A stretch of 64,000 nucleotides of DNA. It comes from a bacterium. GTDB taxonomy: Bacteria; RBG-13-61-14; DATKZS01. Positions 1 to 9,665 of this stretch are shown piece by piece. Numbering within the stretch: the first letter of the stretch is position 1; every line of letters begins with the position of its first letter. The stretch covers positions 19,984 through 83,983 of the forward strand of contig DATKZS010000116.1 in assembly GCA_035527835.1 (NCBI GenBank), written 5' to 3'. The notes under the pieces are model-generated. The model saw only the letters and a program-made list of their open reading frames with translations. It was not told where the DNA came from and did not search any database. A program made the translations under genes and the position numbers.

Positions 1-1
1 G

Positions 2-742
2 CAGGTGCTTCTTGTCCGCGGAAACGATGTACGGCTCGGACAGGTCAATGGGCAGGCTCTGGCCGCCTTGCAGCAGGCGCGCGAAGATCTCGGTTTTCAG
101 TTTCTCCTGCTGTTGGCCCGGCCCGTTGATGGCGTAGTCCTTGAAGCCGCTCACCAGGTCGCGCATCGGCCCGAAGACCATGCCGAAATCAACGTCCTCC
201 TCGTTCAGCTCCGGGAGCTCGCCCTTCTCCACGTAGCTCTTGAGCATCTTGTCCATCCCGGTGATGGCGCTCACCAGGCCGGGGTCGTTCACCATCTTTG
301 CGATGTTGTCGCGGTTGCGCTCCGCGAGGTCCGCGATCATCGAGAGGTCGCGCGGAGGCAGGAAGAGCAGCGCGTCTTCAAGGTAGTCCTTGATCTCAAC
401 CTTGTTGAAGACGCGCGGGACGTAGTCGGGGTTCTTCACCAGCCGGAGCGCCAGCTCGTCCGCGTAGGCCTTGCTTGAGGAGAGGTCGTCCGATTCCACG
501 ATGACGAACAAAAACGAGAGCGCGCCGAACTCGGACACCGCGTGACGGTACTGAACCACCGCCGGATCGTCCGGCGAGAGCATGTCCGTGAAGTTCAGCT
601 TGAGCTCCAGGTGCTGGTACGAGTAGTACATGAAAACGCTGATCAGCACGATCGCCGCCAGCACCAGCCAGTGAAAGCGATAAATCAGGTCCGAGACCGC
701 CTGCATCACCCGCGCCCGGATCGTCAACTTGCTCTCCGTCAT
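2..742 (-). CDS. MMPL/RND-family transporter (HpnN-like), N-terminal part; runs off the left edge
   Basis: Not in the ORF track. Manual translation from ATG at 742 (RBS AAGGAAG): MTESKLTIRARVMQAVSDLIYRFHWLVLAAIVLISVFMYYSYQHLELKLNFTDMLSPDDPAVVQYRHAVSEFGALSFLFVIVES..., the typical MMPL TM1 plus L-x-F-x-D-M-L-x-x-D-D-P start; open to position 2. Confidence 0.75.
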   Translation of the reverse strand, partial: MTESKLTIRARVMQAVSDLIYRFHWLVLAAIVLISVFMYYSYQHLELKLNFTDMLSPDDPAVVQYRHAVSEFGALSFLFVIVESDDLSSSKAYADELALRLVKNPDYVPRVFNKVEIKDYLEDALLFLPPRDLSMIADLAERNRDNIAKMVNDPGLVSAITGMDKMLKSYVEKGELPELNEEDVDFGMVFGPMRDLVSGFKDYAINGPGQQQEKLKTEIFARLLQGGQSLPIDLSEPYIVSADKKHL

Positions 743-777
743 TGTTTACTTCCTTTTCATAATGAACTGCCTGCGGC

Positions 778-2406
778 CTATTCCATCCTGATCGTCTCGC
801 GCACCATGTTACCCTCGCGCACGGCCTCGCGGGTCAGCGTTCCCGGACCAATGGCGTCAACAATGCCTTGCAGGTCCTGCTGCACCGCGACATCGCTCTG
901 TGCGTGCGGCCAGGAATCGTAGCGCCCGAGCAGGTCCGCTGCCTTACGGAAATCATCCCCCGCCATCGCCGTGTCCCAGGTTGAGCGGTAAACCCCGCTG
1001 AACTTCACCGCCTGGCCTTGGTCCCGGCCCTTCGCGGCGCGGGCCAGGTCCAGGACCTGTTTATGGAGCGCCCCGTCGGATGACACCACCAGGAACGCGC
1101 CCGCCTGGTCCATCCACAACGCCTCGCCCTTGAACAACGGCAGCGCGCACGACGTACCGTACTCATCCTTTCGCCATTCGAGCCGGCCCCCGCCTTCCCC
1201 GAAAGCCCGCGCCCCAAGCTCCCGGGCCGTAAGCCCGCGCAATCCGTCCAGGTCAAGCCCGCGCGGGCTTTTCAGCTCGATCACGGCCGTGCGCGCGAGA
1301 CCGAAGAAAAACCGGTCGTCGCTCCATTTGATCCGTGCGGCCGAACCAGCGGCCTGCGGGCCGGCCGGCGCGAGCAGCTTCGCCACTTCATCCTGATCTC
1401 CGGGAACCAGGGAGCCGAGAAAAGCGCCGGCCTCTCTCTCATCGGCCACGGCCGAGCATTCGCCGAACAATCCCTCACTCACCAGCCTGAGGCACGGCGA
1501 CAGGTCGCGGTTGCCGGCCGACCCGGGAATGTTCCGGGAAACGTAAAAGCGCTCCTCCCTCCACGCCCCGCCCTTGATCTCCAGGTCAATGAGCGCGCTC
1601 TCGATCCATGACACGTCATCGAAGTTCCGGTAAATCCAGTAGTGGAGGAAATACGGATTATCCGCGAGCGCGGCCTGGTCCAGGAACAGGAGCAGGGAAT
1701 GGACCCGGAGACGGGCCGGAAACGCGGTCTTGAAGCCCGGATCATCGAGCAGGCTCCCCGGAAGCGGCCCATCAGTGAGCGCCCGCGCGAACGCGTCCTG
1801 GAAGCCGCCGTCCATGTTCGACACGATGAGAAAATCGTTGGCCGCGCCGAAGTACAACGCGCTCCCGCCTCCGCCCGGCTCCAGCCGGTAGCAGGGCGTA
1901 CCCTTGACCTGGAGTTCCTCGCCCCGCTCCCTGGCCGCCCACAAGGCCGTTTGTGTGAGCGCGCCGAGCGCGACCTTGCTCGCGTAAATAAACTTGAGCT
2001 CGCCGATGTCGTACAGCGCGAGCCCGCTCCGGTCACCGGCCAGCGGCGTGAGATCGCCCGGCGCAAGGCCGTCCTGTACCTGGCCCGCGAGCTCGTTGAA
2101 CCGGACCTCGAGCTTCTGTAAAAGCCGCGACTCCCGGAAGCGCTTCACGCCCTGCGAATCGAGGTAACGCCGGGCCGGGCCCGAACCGCGGGACGTTGCC
2201 ACGAACGCGGACAGGTCCGGAGCGTAGATGAAAACCAGCGGCCGGCCCGGGAAGATTGCGGCCACCGCCGCAACGTCCTGGGGCGGCGGGTTTTCGGGGA
2301 GCGTGACCTCGGCCGCGCCCGGTTGTGGTTTTTCCTTGCACGAAACACCCAGCGCCAGCGCCGCGGCGAGGACCGCGATCAGAAATTTTCGGCTCAATGA
2401 CGTCAC
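778..2406 (-). CDS. Hypothetical lipoprotein (about 540 aa)
   Basis: ORF 778..2514; start re-picked at GTG 2406 (GGAG 8 nt upstream; ATG 2424 is the alternative), giving signal MTSLSRKFLIAVLAAALALGVSC with a lipobox Cys. Confidence 0.75.
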   Translation of the reverse strand: MTSLSRKFLIAVLAAALALGVSCKEKPQPGAAEVTLPENPPPQDVAAVAAIFPGRPLVFIYAPDLSAFVATSRGSGPARRYLDSQGVKRFRESRLLQKLEVRFNELAGQVQDGLAPGDLTPLAGDRSGLALYDIGELKFIYASKVALGALTQTALWAARERGEELQVKGTPCYRLEPGGGGSALYFGAANDFLIVSNMDGGFQDAFARALTDGPLPGSLLDDPGFKTAFPARLRVHSLLLFLDQAALADNPYFLHYWIYRNFDDVSWIESALIDLEIKGGAWREERFYVSRNIPGSAGNRDLSPCLRLVSEGLFGECSAVADEREAGAFLGSLVPGDQDEVAKLLAPAGPQAAGSAARIKWSDDRFFFGLARTAVIELKSPRGLDLDGLRGLTARELGARAFGEGGGRLEWRKDEYGTSCALPLFKGEALWMDQAGAFLVVSSDGALHKQVLDLARAAKGRDQGQAVKFSGVYRSTWDTAMAGDDFRKAADLLGRYDSWPHAQSDVAVQQDLQGIVDAIGPGTLTREAVREGNMVRETIRME

Positions 2407-2462
2407 GTCAATAACTCCCATCATTCCTCTTTGTACCCCGTTTCCCGGGCCGGGCCCCGCGG

Positions 2463-5400
2463 TCACCGTGCCAGGTAAACGCTCTCGGGCGATTCCAGCT
2501 CGGGCATGAGCCACGACCAGTCCAGGCCATTGTCCAGGCCGGTTTGGATCGTGAGCCTCTGTTCATCGGAGCGGGCCTGGTCCTGTTCCAGCTTGGACAG
2601 GCGCTTCAATTCCCCGCGCAATTCACCGGCCAGGCCCGCTTCCGGGCCTTTCTCTCCCGGCAAGACGCATGGCGGCGCAAGGGCTTCATAATCGTCACCG
2701 CATTCCTCGCACTCCTCGCCCTCGTTGCCGGGCTCGAGGTAATCGAGCAGGGACTTTAGGAGGAGCGAGGCCGATCCGTACAATTTTTTCCTGGCGAGCT
2801 CGGCGGCGAGTGCGCGGACCAGCGCCGTTTTGGCGTCGAGGTCAAGGTCAGAGCCCAGGAGGTCGGAGGCCTCTGCCTCCGGCTGCTGGTGGTCCATGTG
2901 CTCCGCCGCGATCAGGTCCGACGCGGCCAGCGCCATGGCGATGGCCCTCTCCGGCTTGCCGGCGTCCAGATAGGCCTGGACCGCCACGAAGCGCGCGCGC
3001 GCGTCGGAGGGAAAGTATTTGATGCCCGCGAGCGCAAAGTCGAGCGCGGCGTCATATTGTTTCCGGCCGAGGTAAAATTCCGCGGCCGCGGGTCCAGTGA
3101 ATGAGGGGCACAGGGACACCGCGGACTCCATCATTTTCGCCGCGGCCTTGCCGTCGCCGGCCCTCTGGGCCACCGCCTCCGCGGCCAGCGGGAAAAATTC
3201 CTTCTTCAGCCCTCCCGCCTGGGCCTCTTTCACCAGAGCGGGCAGCCACTTCGCGGCCACCTCCTTGCCCTGCTGGTCGCCGAGCCAGGAGGTGAGCCCG
3301 CGGACGAGCTCATGCTTGTGGCCGCGCGTAACGGCCGGGTCCGCGAGAATGCCCTGGATCTCGGTCAGGGCCGCATCATGGCGGCCCAGGAGATACAGAT
3401 CGTGGGCATGGGCAATCCGGTTCGGCGCGTCGAACGGATCGAGTCCGGAGGCGAGCTCGCGGTAATGGGCGGCCTTGTCGTTCCATCCGTGTTTTTCCGC
3501 GGCCTGGGCCGCGCTGATCAGAGCTTCTTTGTCCCCGGGCTTCATGGCGATCATGCTCTCGAGCGTGGCCTTGGCTTCGGGGGCCTTGCCGAGCCTGGCC
3601 AGCACCTGGGCCAGATCCAGGTAAGCGGAGGCGGGCGCGGAGGGATCGTACAATTTGTCGGTCCCGATCTTTTTCTCGAGCTCCAGCGCGTCATTTGCGC
3701 GGCCTTCCCGGCAGTAGGCCTGGACCGCGGCCGTCAGCTTGGGGACCGGGTCCAGGTCCGCGCCCTGCCAGGCCGCCAGGTAGGACACGGCCTCATTGTC
3801 CTTGCCCCGCTGCAGCAGGGCCCGCAGTTTCCTCTGTGCGTCCGCCGCCGGGACGTCCACCGGATCGAGACCCAGCTCCCGGCTGTTCAGGGCCTTGATC
3901 ACGTCGTCGCTCCGGCCCACCGCGAGCCAGTAATCAAGCCGCTTGTCCTCCCAATCCTTGAGCTCCTGCTCCCGGCCTTCCTTGCCGGTCAGGGATGCCA
4001 CCATGTGATCGTAAGCAAAGCCCAGGTCGGCCGGGTCCAGCCAGCCCTCGCCAATGGCCCGGGAGGCCAGGTAGTCGTCGTCCGGCCGCGTTGGGGAAAT
4101 CTCTTGCATCAGCCCGGTCACCAGGTCAATCTCCTCGCGCGACTTGTTCCCGCGCGCGAGCCGGGCCAGGTCGGCCAGGGCCTCCGCCGCGGCCCACCGG
4201 TTCTGGCCGTAGGTGTTCCTGATCCACGCGGCCAATCGCTCCACCGCCTCCTTCTCCATCCCGCAGTTGAGCATGGCGTAGAACTGATACTTCTTGTCCG
4301 TCTCCCACGCGCCGGGAGCAGCCGTGTCGCCGGAAATCGCCTCGAGCATGGCGAGAGCGCCGTCGCGGTCGCCGCTCTTCAGCCTGGCGAGCGCGGCGCC
4401 GTAGCGCGATGGATTATCGCGGGGGTCGAGCTGGAGCGCGAAGTTAAAGCGCTCCTTGGCCTCCTCGTTCTTCCCCAGCTCGAGCAGAAGCTGTGCCGAG
4501 AAGCGGTAGGCCCGGTTCGAGCCCGGCCGGTCCTCCTCGCCCGCGTCCCACAATTCCATGGCGCCGGGCAGGTCGTTGCCCCGCGCCTTGAGCTCCGCGT
4601 ACTTCATCATCATCACGGCCTGCTCGTGCCCGCGCAGCTCCTTGTCCTCCGACCACGGCGTGTCCAGCCGCCGGCCGATGGGCCACAGCCGGAACAGGCT
4701 GACCGCTTCCTTGTTAAATTCCGCGCCGTAGTCCCTGGTGTCCAGCTTCAACAGCAACTGCTTGGAGACCGACCACGCGGGCTGACGGTATGACCTCAAC
4801 ACCCGCTCCGCCAGCTCGGGCCGGCCGCCGGCGATCAGATAATTGGCCTCGTCCGTAACCCACACGCCGTCGTCCAGGTATTGGCGCATCAAGTCCTGCC
4901 GGCCGAGCTTGACGATCAGGTCCAGGAACTCCATGTCGCCCGCGCTCAACGAGTCATGGTTGTGATAGGTTCCGGCCAGGACCGAGGCCGCCTCCTGCTC
5001 GCGGCCCAGCCACAGCCAGGCGTTGGCTTTTTCGTAGGGCGTTGTGGCCGGCGAGTCGGCGAGCTCTTGCCATGCGCCCCGCTCGCGGAGGAACTGGTCG
5101 CGGCCGGGAAGAAAGACATAGGACGAGGAATTCTCTTTCTCTCGGAGTGCCGCCGGAAGCAGGCGGGCGGCCTGGTCCGGGAGCCCGGCCCCGGCGGCCA
5201 GGTTAAAGAGAGTGATGGCGGAAAGCGCGGAGCCGCCGCCATCAAGCCTTTGGGCCAGCGCCTTATAATCGTCCGCGCCGCCATGGTCGCGGTACGCCCG
5301 GGCCAGCGGCCCCGCGGCCGCGGCCTCGATGTTGCCGCGGCTTTTATCCAGGCGCCACTTCACGAACTTGTTGGCCGGGTTGGCGGCCATCTTGCCGAGC

Positions 5401-8400
5401 CCGGCGGCGGCATCGTCGAGCGCGGCCAGGGCGATTATCAGCCGGCCGGACTCGGCATGGATAAGCACGTAGTCGGCGAGGTCCTGGCTGCTCAACACGT
5501 CGCGGTCCGCGCGCGAGAGGAATTCAGGGAGGCCCTGGTGCAGGAAGGGCAGCGCTTCGGCCGGGCGGCCGGAAATCAGGAGCGCATGGGCCGCCGCGAA
5601 ATAACGGTGGTGGCCCGAGCCGTGCTCCGCGGTGGCGCGGACCAGTGCCATGGCCTGGTCCGCCTCTCCAGCCAGGAAATGCATGCGCACCGCCAGCGGC
5701 CGCCACTCTTCCCCCGCCGGGTCAATGGCCGCGAGCTTCTCATAAGTCTCAGCGGCCCTCTTGAAATCGCCCTGGCCAAGCAGCAAGGCCGCGAGCTCCT
5801 GGTGCAGGGCGGCCATTCCCGGCTCGTCGCGGATGGCCGCCTGGTATGAGGCCAGGGCGCCGTCGGCGTCGCCCTGCCATGACAGCATCCGGGCCAGGAC
5901 CCAGGGCCAGCGGTAGTCCTTCCCGGATTCATCCGCCAGCTTCCGATAGTATTTGACCAGGCGGCCGCGACCGTCATCGCGGCCGGCAAAGGCCCAGGCC
6001 TCGTTAAGCCGCGGGGCTTCGCCCGGCGCCAGGTTGATCCACTCGATGAAATAATCCAGGGCCTCGGCGCCGCCTCCCGCCTGGGTCAGCGCCCGCGCCA
6101 CCGTATGATGGAGCGCGGAGAGCTGTTCCCGCTTTTCGCGCCGGCCAAGCGATGATTCATCAATCATGGCCTTGAGCCGCCGGTCGGATTCCACCAGGGC
6201 GTTGCGGTCCGAGCGCAGCGCGTGAACCTTCGCCAGCTCGCTGAACACCTCGGCGTCAAAGCCCCGCGCGCGAAGCATCGAGTCGAGCACCGCCACCGCT
6301 TCCGCGTACTCCTTGAGCTCGATGAGCCGCGATGCCAGGTTAAGCCCCGCCGCTCTGGCGTCCTCCCCTTGAGCCAGCGGCAGGGCCTTGCGCAACAGGT
6401 CCAGCGCCGGGTCGTGCTGTCCGTCGCTCCACAGCTCCGTGGCCAGGGAGTTGAGCCACGACAGGCGCGCCGACGGCCGGCTGAGCTTCAAAATCTCAGC
6501 CTTCATGGCGTCGGCCGCGGCCAGCATGTCCTGCGTCCGGCCCCGGCCATGGTAAAAGCGCACCAGCAAAAGCCGCGCCTCGAAATCGTTGGGCCGAAGC
6601 TCGCGCCAGCGCGTGAGCGCCTCCTCCTCCGCCTCCGGCGGGCCCAGCCGGTGCGCGGTCTCCCGCGCCCAGCGCAGGAACTCGACGTCGGCGATCCGCC
6701 CGGCCGCGGCGGCCAGCATTTTTCCGATCTCACCCTCCCGGCCCATCCGCTCCAGATAATCGGCGCGGGCCCGCGCCACTCTCGCGTCCGATGGCCGCAG
6801 GGCGATCCGTGAATTAAAGGCCGCCTCGATAGCGGCGCTCTGGCCGCGCTCCTTGGCCAGGTCCATGAGCCGCGTCACCACCCGGTATGAATCGGTGGTC
6901 TCGCCGGAGAGGGCCTGCACGTACTCGGTGACGGCCGCGCCGCAGTCGCCCGCGTCTTCCAGGACCGCGCCCAGCTCGAGCGCGAAAAGGTCCGGCGAGT
7001 CTAGGCGCGTCCGCGCCAGCCGGATCCGGTCCGCCGCGGCCTGGTACTGGAAATAGTCCCAGGCCGTCTCGGCCGCCGCCAGATAGCTTCCGCTCTCGCC
7101 GGGGGCCTGGCTGAGCAGATGGTCCCACCACGAAAGCGCTTCCTCGAACCGGCCCTCGCCCGCCAGAGCCTCCCCGAGGTGAACCGGATAATCGCGGTCC
7201 GCCGGATAAAGAGCGTTGAGCCCGGTCAGCAGCTTGAGCGCCCGGCCCCAGGCATCCGGGAACCGGCCGGGCCGAACCTTCTCCAATCCGAACAGCCGGG
7301 CCGCCGTCTCCTCCTGAAAATAAGGCGTCCCGGGCCAGCGCTCGGATGCGCGCCGCCAGAATTCCACGGACTGCTCGTAGCGGCCCTGGGCGTCCTGGGC
7401 CAGCGCCAGGAAATAGTCCTCCGCCGCGTTGGGGCTGTTCTTTTTCAAGAGCGCGTTCACCGCGTCATCGAGCAGCCCCCGGGCCATGAGCCGGCCGAGC
7501 AGGGCGCGGCCCGCTTCCTTTCCGGCCCGGTGGTCGTCCATGAGGCAATGCTTGGTGAAGTCCAGGAGCGGGTCGCGGCAGGACGCGTCCGCGCACGAGC
7601 CCTGGTTGTACACCAGTGACGCGAGCCTGATGTAGGAGCGCATGTATTCCGGGTTGCGCGGGTAGCGGCGCGCGGCCATGAGGTAGAGCGAGGCCTTGAA
7701 GGCGATGGTCTTGTCGTTGCGCGGCCATTCGGGAACGACCCGGTTCACAAGCTCGGCGATTTCCGGCTCGGGCAGGCGCGAGACCGCGTCGGTCAAGGAC
7801 TGCTGATACTGGCCGCTCATTTTCTTGCGCAGATAAAACCGGGCCAGGCGGGAATACCAGTCCGCGCCTTTGAGCTTCTCGGCCGCCTGCCGGTAGATTT
7901 TCAGCTCTTCATCGCCCAGCTCCATATTGGATATGGAGTCAAGGAAAGCCTTGTATGTCTCCGGCTGGTCCTGGTGCTTCCCGATTTCTCGCCAGTAAAG
8001 CCCGACCATCTCGCCGCCACGGCCGTCGTCAAGCAGATAGGACGCGTATTCGCCCAGCGTGTCCAGATAAAATTCCCCGCCGCTCTCGGAAGTGTCGAGC
8101 AAGTCATCGAACTGTTTCCGGGCCTCGTCCTTGCGCCCGAGCTTCCACAGCGCCCGCGCGCGGGCGAGCAGGGCCTCGGCAACGCCGGGGTCATCGGGGT
8201 GCGCGGATGCGAACGCCGCGGCCTCGTCCGCCGCCTTGCTCCAGGCCCCGAGCTCAGTGAGCCGGACGACCACCTCGAAGTCCATGTCAGCGAGCAGTTT
8301 GCCCTGGGCAAAGCTCTTTCGATACTCGTCGCGCACCTCGAGCGCCAGCGAAAAATTATGGTGCCGGGCGTCCATTTCCGCGAGGTCGGCCAGGACCTCC

Positions 8401-9665
8401 CCCATGTCGCGGCCGCTCAGCAAAAGGGAAAAGACGCCGCCGGAAATGCCCGGGTCCGGGTCGAGGGCGCGCGGGTCGTAAAGGCCGGCCACCGAGCCCG
8501 GATACGGCAGCGCCGCGGAGCGGCTCTCCATCAGCGCGCGAAACAGGGACCAGAGCCATAGCCCGCGCTCCTCCCCGCTCACTCGCTGCAGCCCGCCGTA
8601 CACCAGGACCGCGGCCTTCTCGGCCCTTGCGCAGCGCATGTCATAATCCGCCCACATCATGACCCGGCCGGGAGGAGGCGATTTCTCGGCGGCCATCCAC
8701 TCATCAACCACCCGCGCCGCGTCCGCATCATCACCGGCTTCCAGGTGCAAGTGGAACAGGATTGCATGATCCTGGTCCGACCAGTCGCCCTCTCTGGATT
8801 CCAGCTCGGACTTGAAATCACCGTACTCGTCCCAATCCCGGAGCAATGAGAAAAATGCGTTGAACAGAGACGGCGCGGAGTCTGGAACCAGCCCATCCAG
8901 GAACACCCGGCGGGCCTCATCGTTCCGTCCGTTCTTTCGAAGCAGACGGGCCTGGAGCGTCAGGAACGGCTCCGGATGGTCCGGGAATTTTTGGGCGTAG
9001 GCCAGGATGTCGCTGACGGCGTCATCGAGAGGCGCGGAGGCGGCGCGCTCATTGAGAAAATCGAGCGTCGCGTCCAGGTCGTCCGGGAAGAGGTCGAGCA
9101 TTTTACGGCGGTATGCCGCGCGGTCAATCTTGAGTCCCTGGGCCGCGCTCACGCTGAAGATCTCGTCAATGGCCGCCGCGATCGCTTTCTTGTTTTTTTT
9201 CGGCTCCCGGGCCAGGGCCTCGAAGAGCCGGTCGAGCGCGGCCATCTGCTCCTTGATCATCAGCCGGTCGCCGTAAAAATCGGCGAGGGCGCGGATGGCG
9301 GTCCCAGGGTCCGCGGCCTCGTCGGCATAGGCGCGAAAATCCTTCTCGGCCTCATCAAAGCGGCCGAGCGTGTAATACGCCCGCGCGCGCTCCAGGTACA
9401 GGCCGGGCTCGGCGGGGAACTCGGCCAGCAGCCTGGTGAGTCCATCCGCCACCTGGGACGGCTCTCGCGGCACGAGGCAAGTGGCGCCCAAGAGCGGCAT
9501 GACTTCCGTGTAAACGCTGTATAGGCGCGGCCGCAGCGTCTCCGACACCAGGACCTCGGCCGGGTCGCGGTCGAACGGATCATACTCCGCGGCCCGGGCC
9601 GCGGACGCAAGCAGGCCGAGCAGGATGAAGCCGAGGGCCGCTTTTTTGACGCCTCTCATCTTCAT
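2463..9665 (-). CDS. Giant (2400 aa) exported tetratricopeptide-repeat protein
   Basis: N-terminal signal peptide (..GFILLGLLASAARA); TPR-like helical repeats throughout (e.g. YLERARAYYTLGRFDEAEKDF, LLARARALWKLGRKDEARKQF); ATGA overlap with the upstream gene. Confidence 0.85.
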   Translation of the reverse strand: MKMRGVKKAALGFILLGLLASAARAAEYDPFDRDPAEVLVSETLRPRLYSVYTEVMPLLGATCLVPREPSQVADGLTRLLAEFPAEPGLYLERARAYYTLGRFDEAEKDFRAYADEAADPGTAIRALADFYGDRLMIKEQMAALDRLFEALAREPKKNKKAIAAAIDEIFSVSAAQGLKIDRAAYRRKMLDLFPDDLDATLDFLNERAASAPLDDAVSDILAYAQKFPDHPEPFLTLQARLLRKNGRNDEARRVFLDGLVPDSAPSLFNAFFSLLRDWDEYGDFKSELESREGDWSDQDHAILFHLHLEAGDDADAARVVDEWMAAEKSPPPGRVMMWADYDMRCARAEKAAVLVYGGLQRVSGEERGLWLWSLFRALMESRSAALPYPGSVAGLYDPRALDPDPGISGGVFSLLLSGRDMGEVLADLAEMDARHHNFSLALEVRDEYRKSFAQGKLLADMDFEVVVRLTELGAWSKAADEAAAFASAHPDDPGVAEALLARARALWKLGRKDEARKQFDDLLDTSESGGEFYLDTLGEYASYLLDDGRGGEMVGLYWREIGKHQDQPETYKAFLDSISNMELGDEELKIYRQAAEKLKGADWYSRLARFYLRKKMSGQYQQSLTDAVSRLPEPEIAELVNRVVPEWPRNDKTIAFKASLYLMAARRYPRNPEYMRSYIRLASLVYNQGSCADASCRDPLLDFTKHCLMDDHRAGKEAGRALLGRLMARGLLDDAVNALLKKNSPNAAEDYFLALAQDAQGRYEQSVEFWRRASERWPGTPYFQEETAARLFGLEKVRPGRFPDAWGRALKLLTGLNALYPADRDYPVHLGEALAGEGRFEEALSWWDHLLSQAPGESGSYLAAAETAWDYFQYQAAADRIRLARTRLDSPDLFALELGAVLEDAGDCGAAVTEYVQALSGETTDSYRVVTRLMDLAKERGQSAAIEAAFNSRIALRPSDARVARARADYLERMGREGEIGKMLAAAAGRIADVEFLRWARETAHRLGPPEAEEEALTRWRELRPNDFEARLLLVRFYHGRGRTQDMLAAADAMKAEILKLSRPSARLSWLNSLATELWSDGQHDPALDLLRKALPLAQGEDARAAGLNLASRLIELKEYAEAVAVLDSMLRARGFDAEVFSELAKVHALRSDRNALVESDRRLKAMIDESSLGRREKREQLSALHHTVARALTQAGGGAEALDYFIEWINLAPGEAPRLNEAWAFAGRDDGRGRLVKYYRKLADESGKDYRWPWVLARMLSWQGDADGALASYQAAIRDEPGMAALHQELAALLLGQGDFKRAAETYEKLAAIDPAGEEWRPLAVRMHFLAGEADQAMALVRATAEHGSGHHRYFAAAHALLISGRPAEALPFLHQGLPEFLSRADRDVLSSQDLADYVLIHAESGRLIIALAALDDAAAGLGKMAANPANKFVKWRLDKSRGNIEAAAAGPLARAYRDHGGADDYKALAQRLDGGGSALSAITLFNLAAGAGLPDQAARLLPAALREKENSSSYVFLPGRDQFLRERGAWQELADSPATTPYEKANAWLWLGREQEAASVLAGTYHNHDSLSAGDMEFLDLIVKLGRQDLMRQYLDDGVWVTDEANYLIAGGRPELAERVLRSYRQPAWSVSKQLLLKLDTRDYGAEFNKEAVSLFRLWPIGRRLDTPWSEDKELRGHEQAVMMMKYAELKARGNDLPGAMELWDAGEEDRPGSNRAYRFSAQLLLELGKNEEAKERFNFALQLDPRDNPSRYGAALARLKSGDRDGALAMLEAISGDTAAPGAWETDKKYQFYAMLNCGMEKEAVERLAAWIRNTYGQNRWAAAEALADLARLARGNKSREEIDLVTGLMQEISPTRPDDDYLASRAIGEGWLDPADLGFAYDHMVASLTGKEGREQELKDWEDKRLDYWLAVGRSDDVIKALNSRELGLDPVDVPAADAQRKLRALLQRGKDNEAVSYLAAWQGADLDPVPKLTAAVQAYCREGRANDALELEKKIGTDKLYDPSAPASAYLDLAQVLARLGKAPEAKATLESMIAMKPGDKEALISAAQAAEKHGWNDKAAHYRELASGLDPFDAPNRIAHAHDLYLLGRHDAALTEIQGILADPAVTRGHKHELVRGLTSWLGDQQGKEVAAKWLPALVKEAQAGGLKKEFFPLAAEAVAQRAGDGKAAAKMMESAVSLCPSFTGPAAAEFYLGRKQYDAALDFALAGIKYFPSDARARFVAVQAYLDAGKPERAIAMALAASDLIAAEHMDHQQPEAEASDLLGSDLDLDAKTALVRALAAELARKKLYGSASLLLKSLLDYLEPGNEGEECEECGDDYEALAPPCVLPGEKGPEAGLAGELRGELKRLSKLEQDQARSDEQRLTIQTGLDNGLDWSWLMPELESPESVYLAR

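Noticed and set aside
3312-4793. Long antisense or alternate-frame ORFs (e.g. 3312..4793, 11462..12601, 16678..17505, 22762..24018, 24238..25707, 37027..38814, 47531..48796, 51709..53037)
   Set aside because: They overlap well-supported genes and show the H/R/V/A/G-rich composition of shadow ORFs in high-GC DNA, with no family motifs
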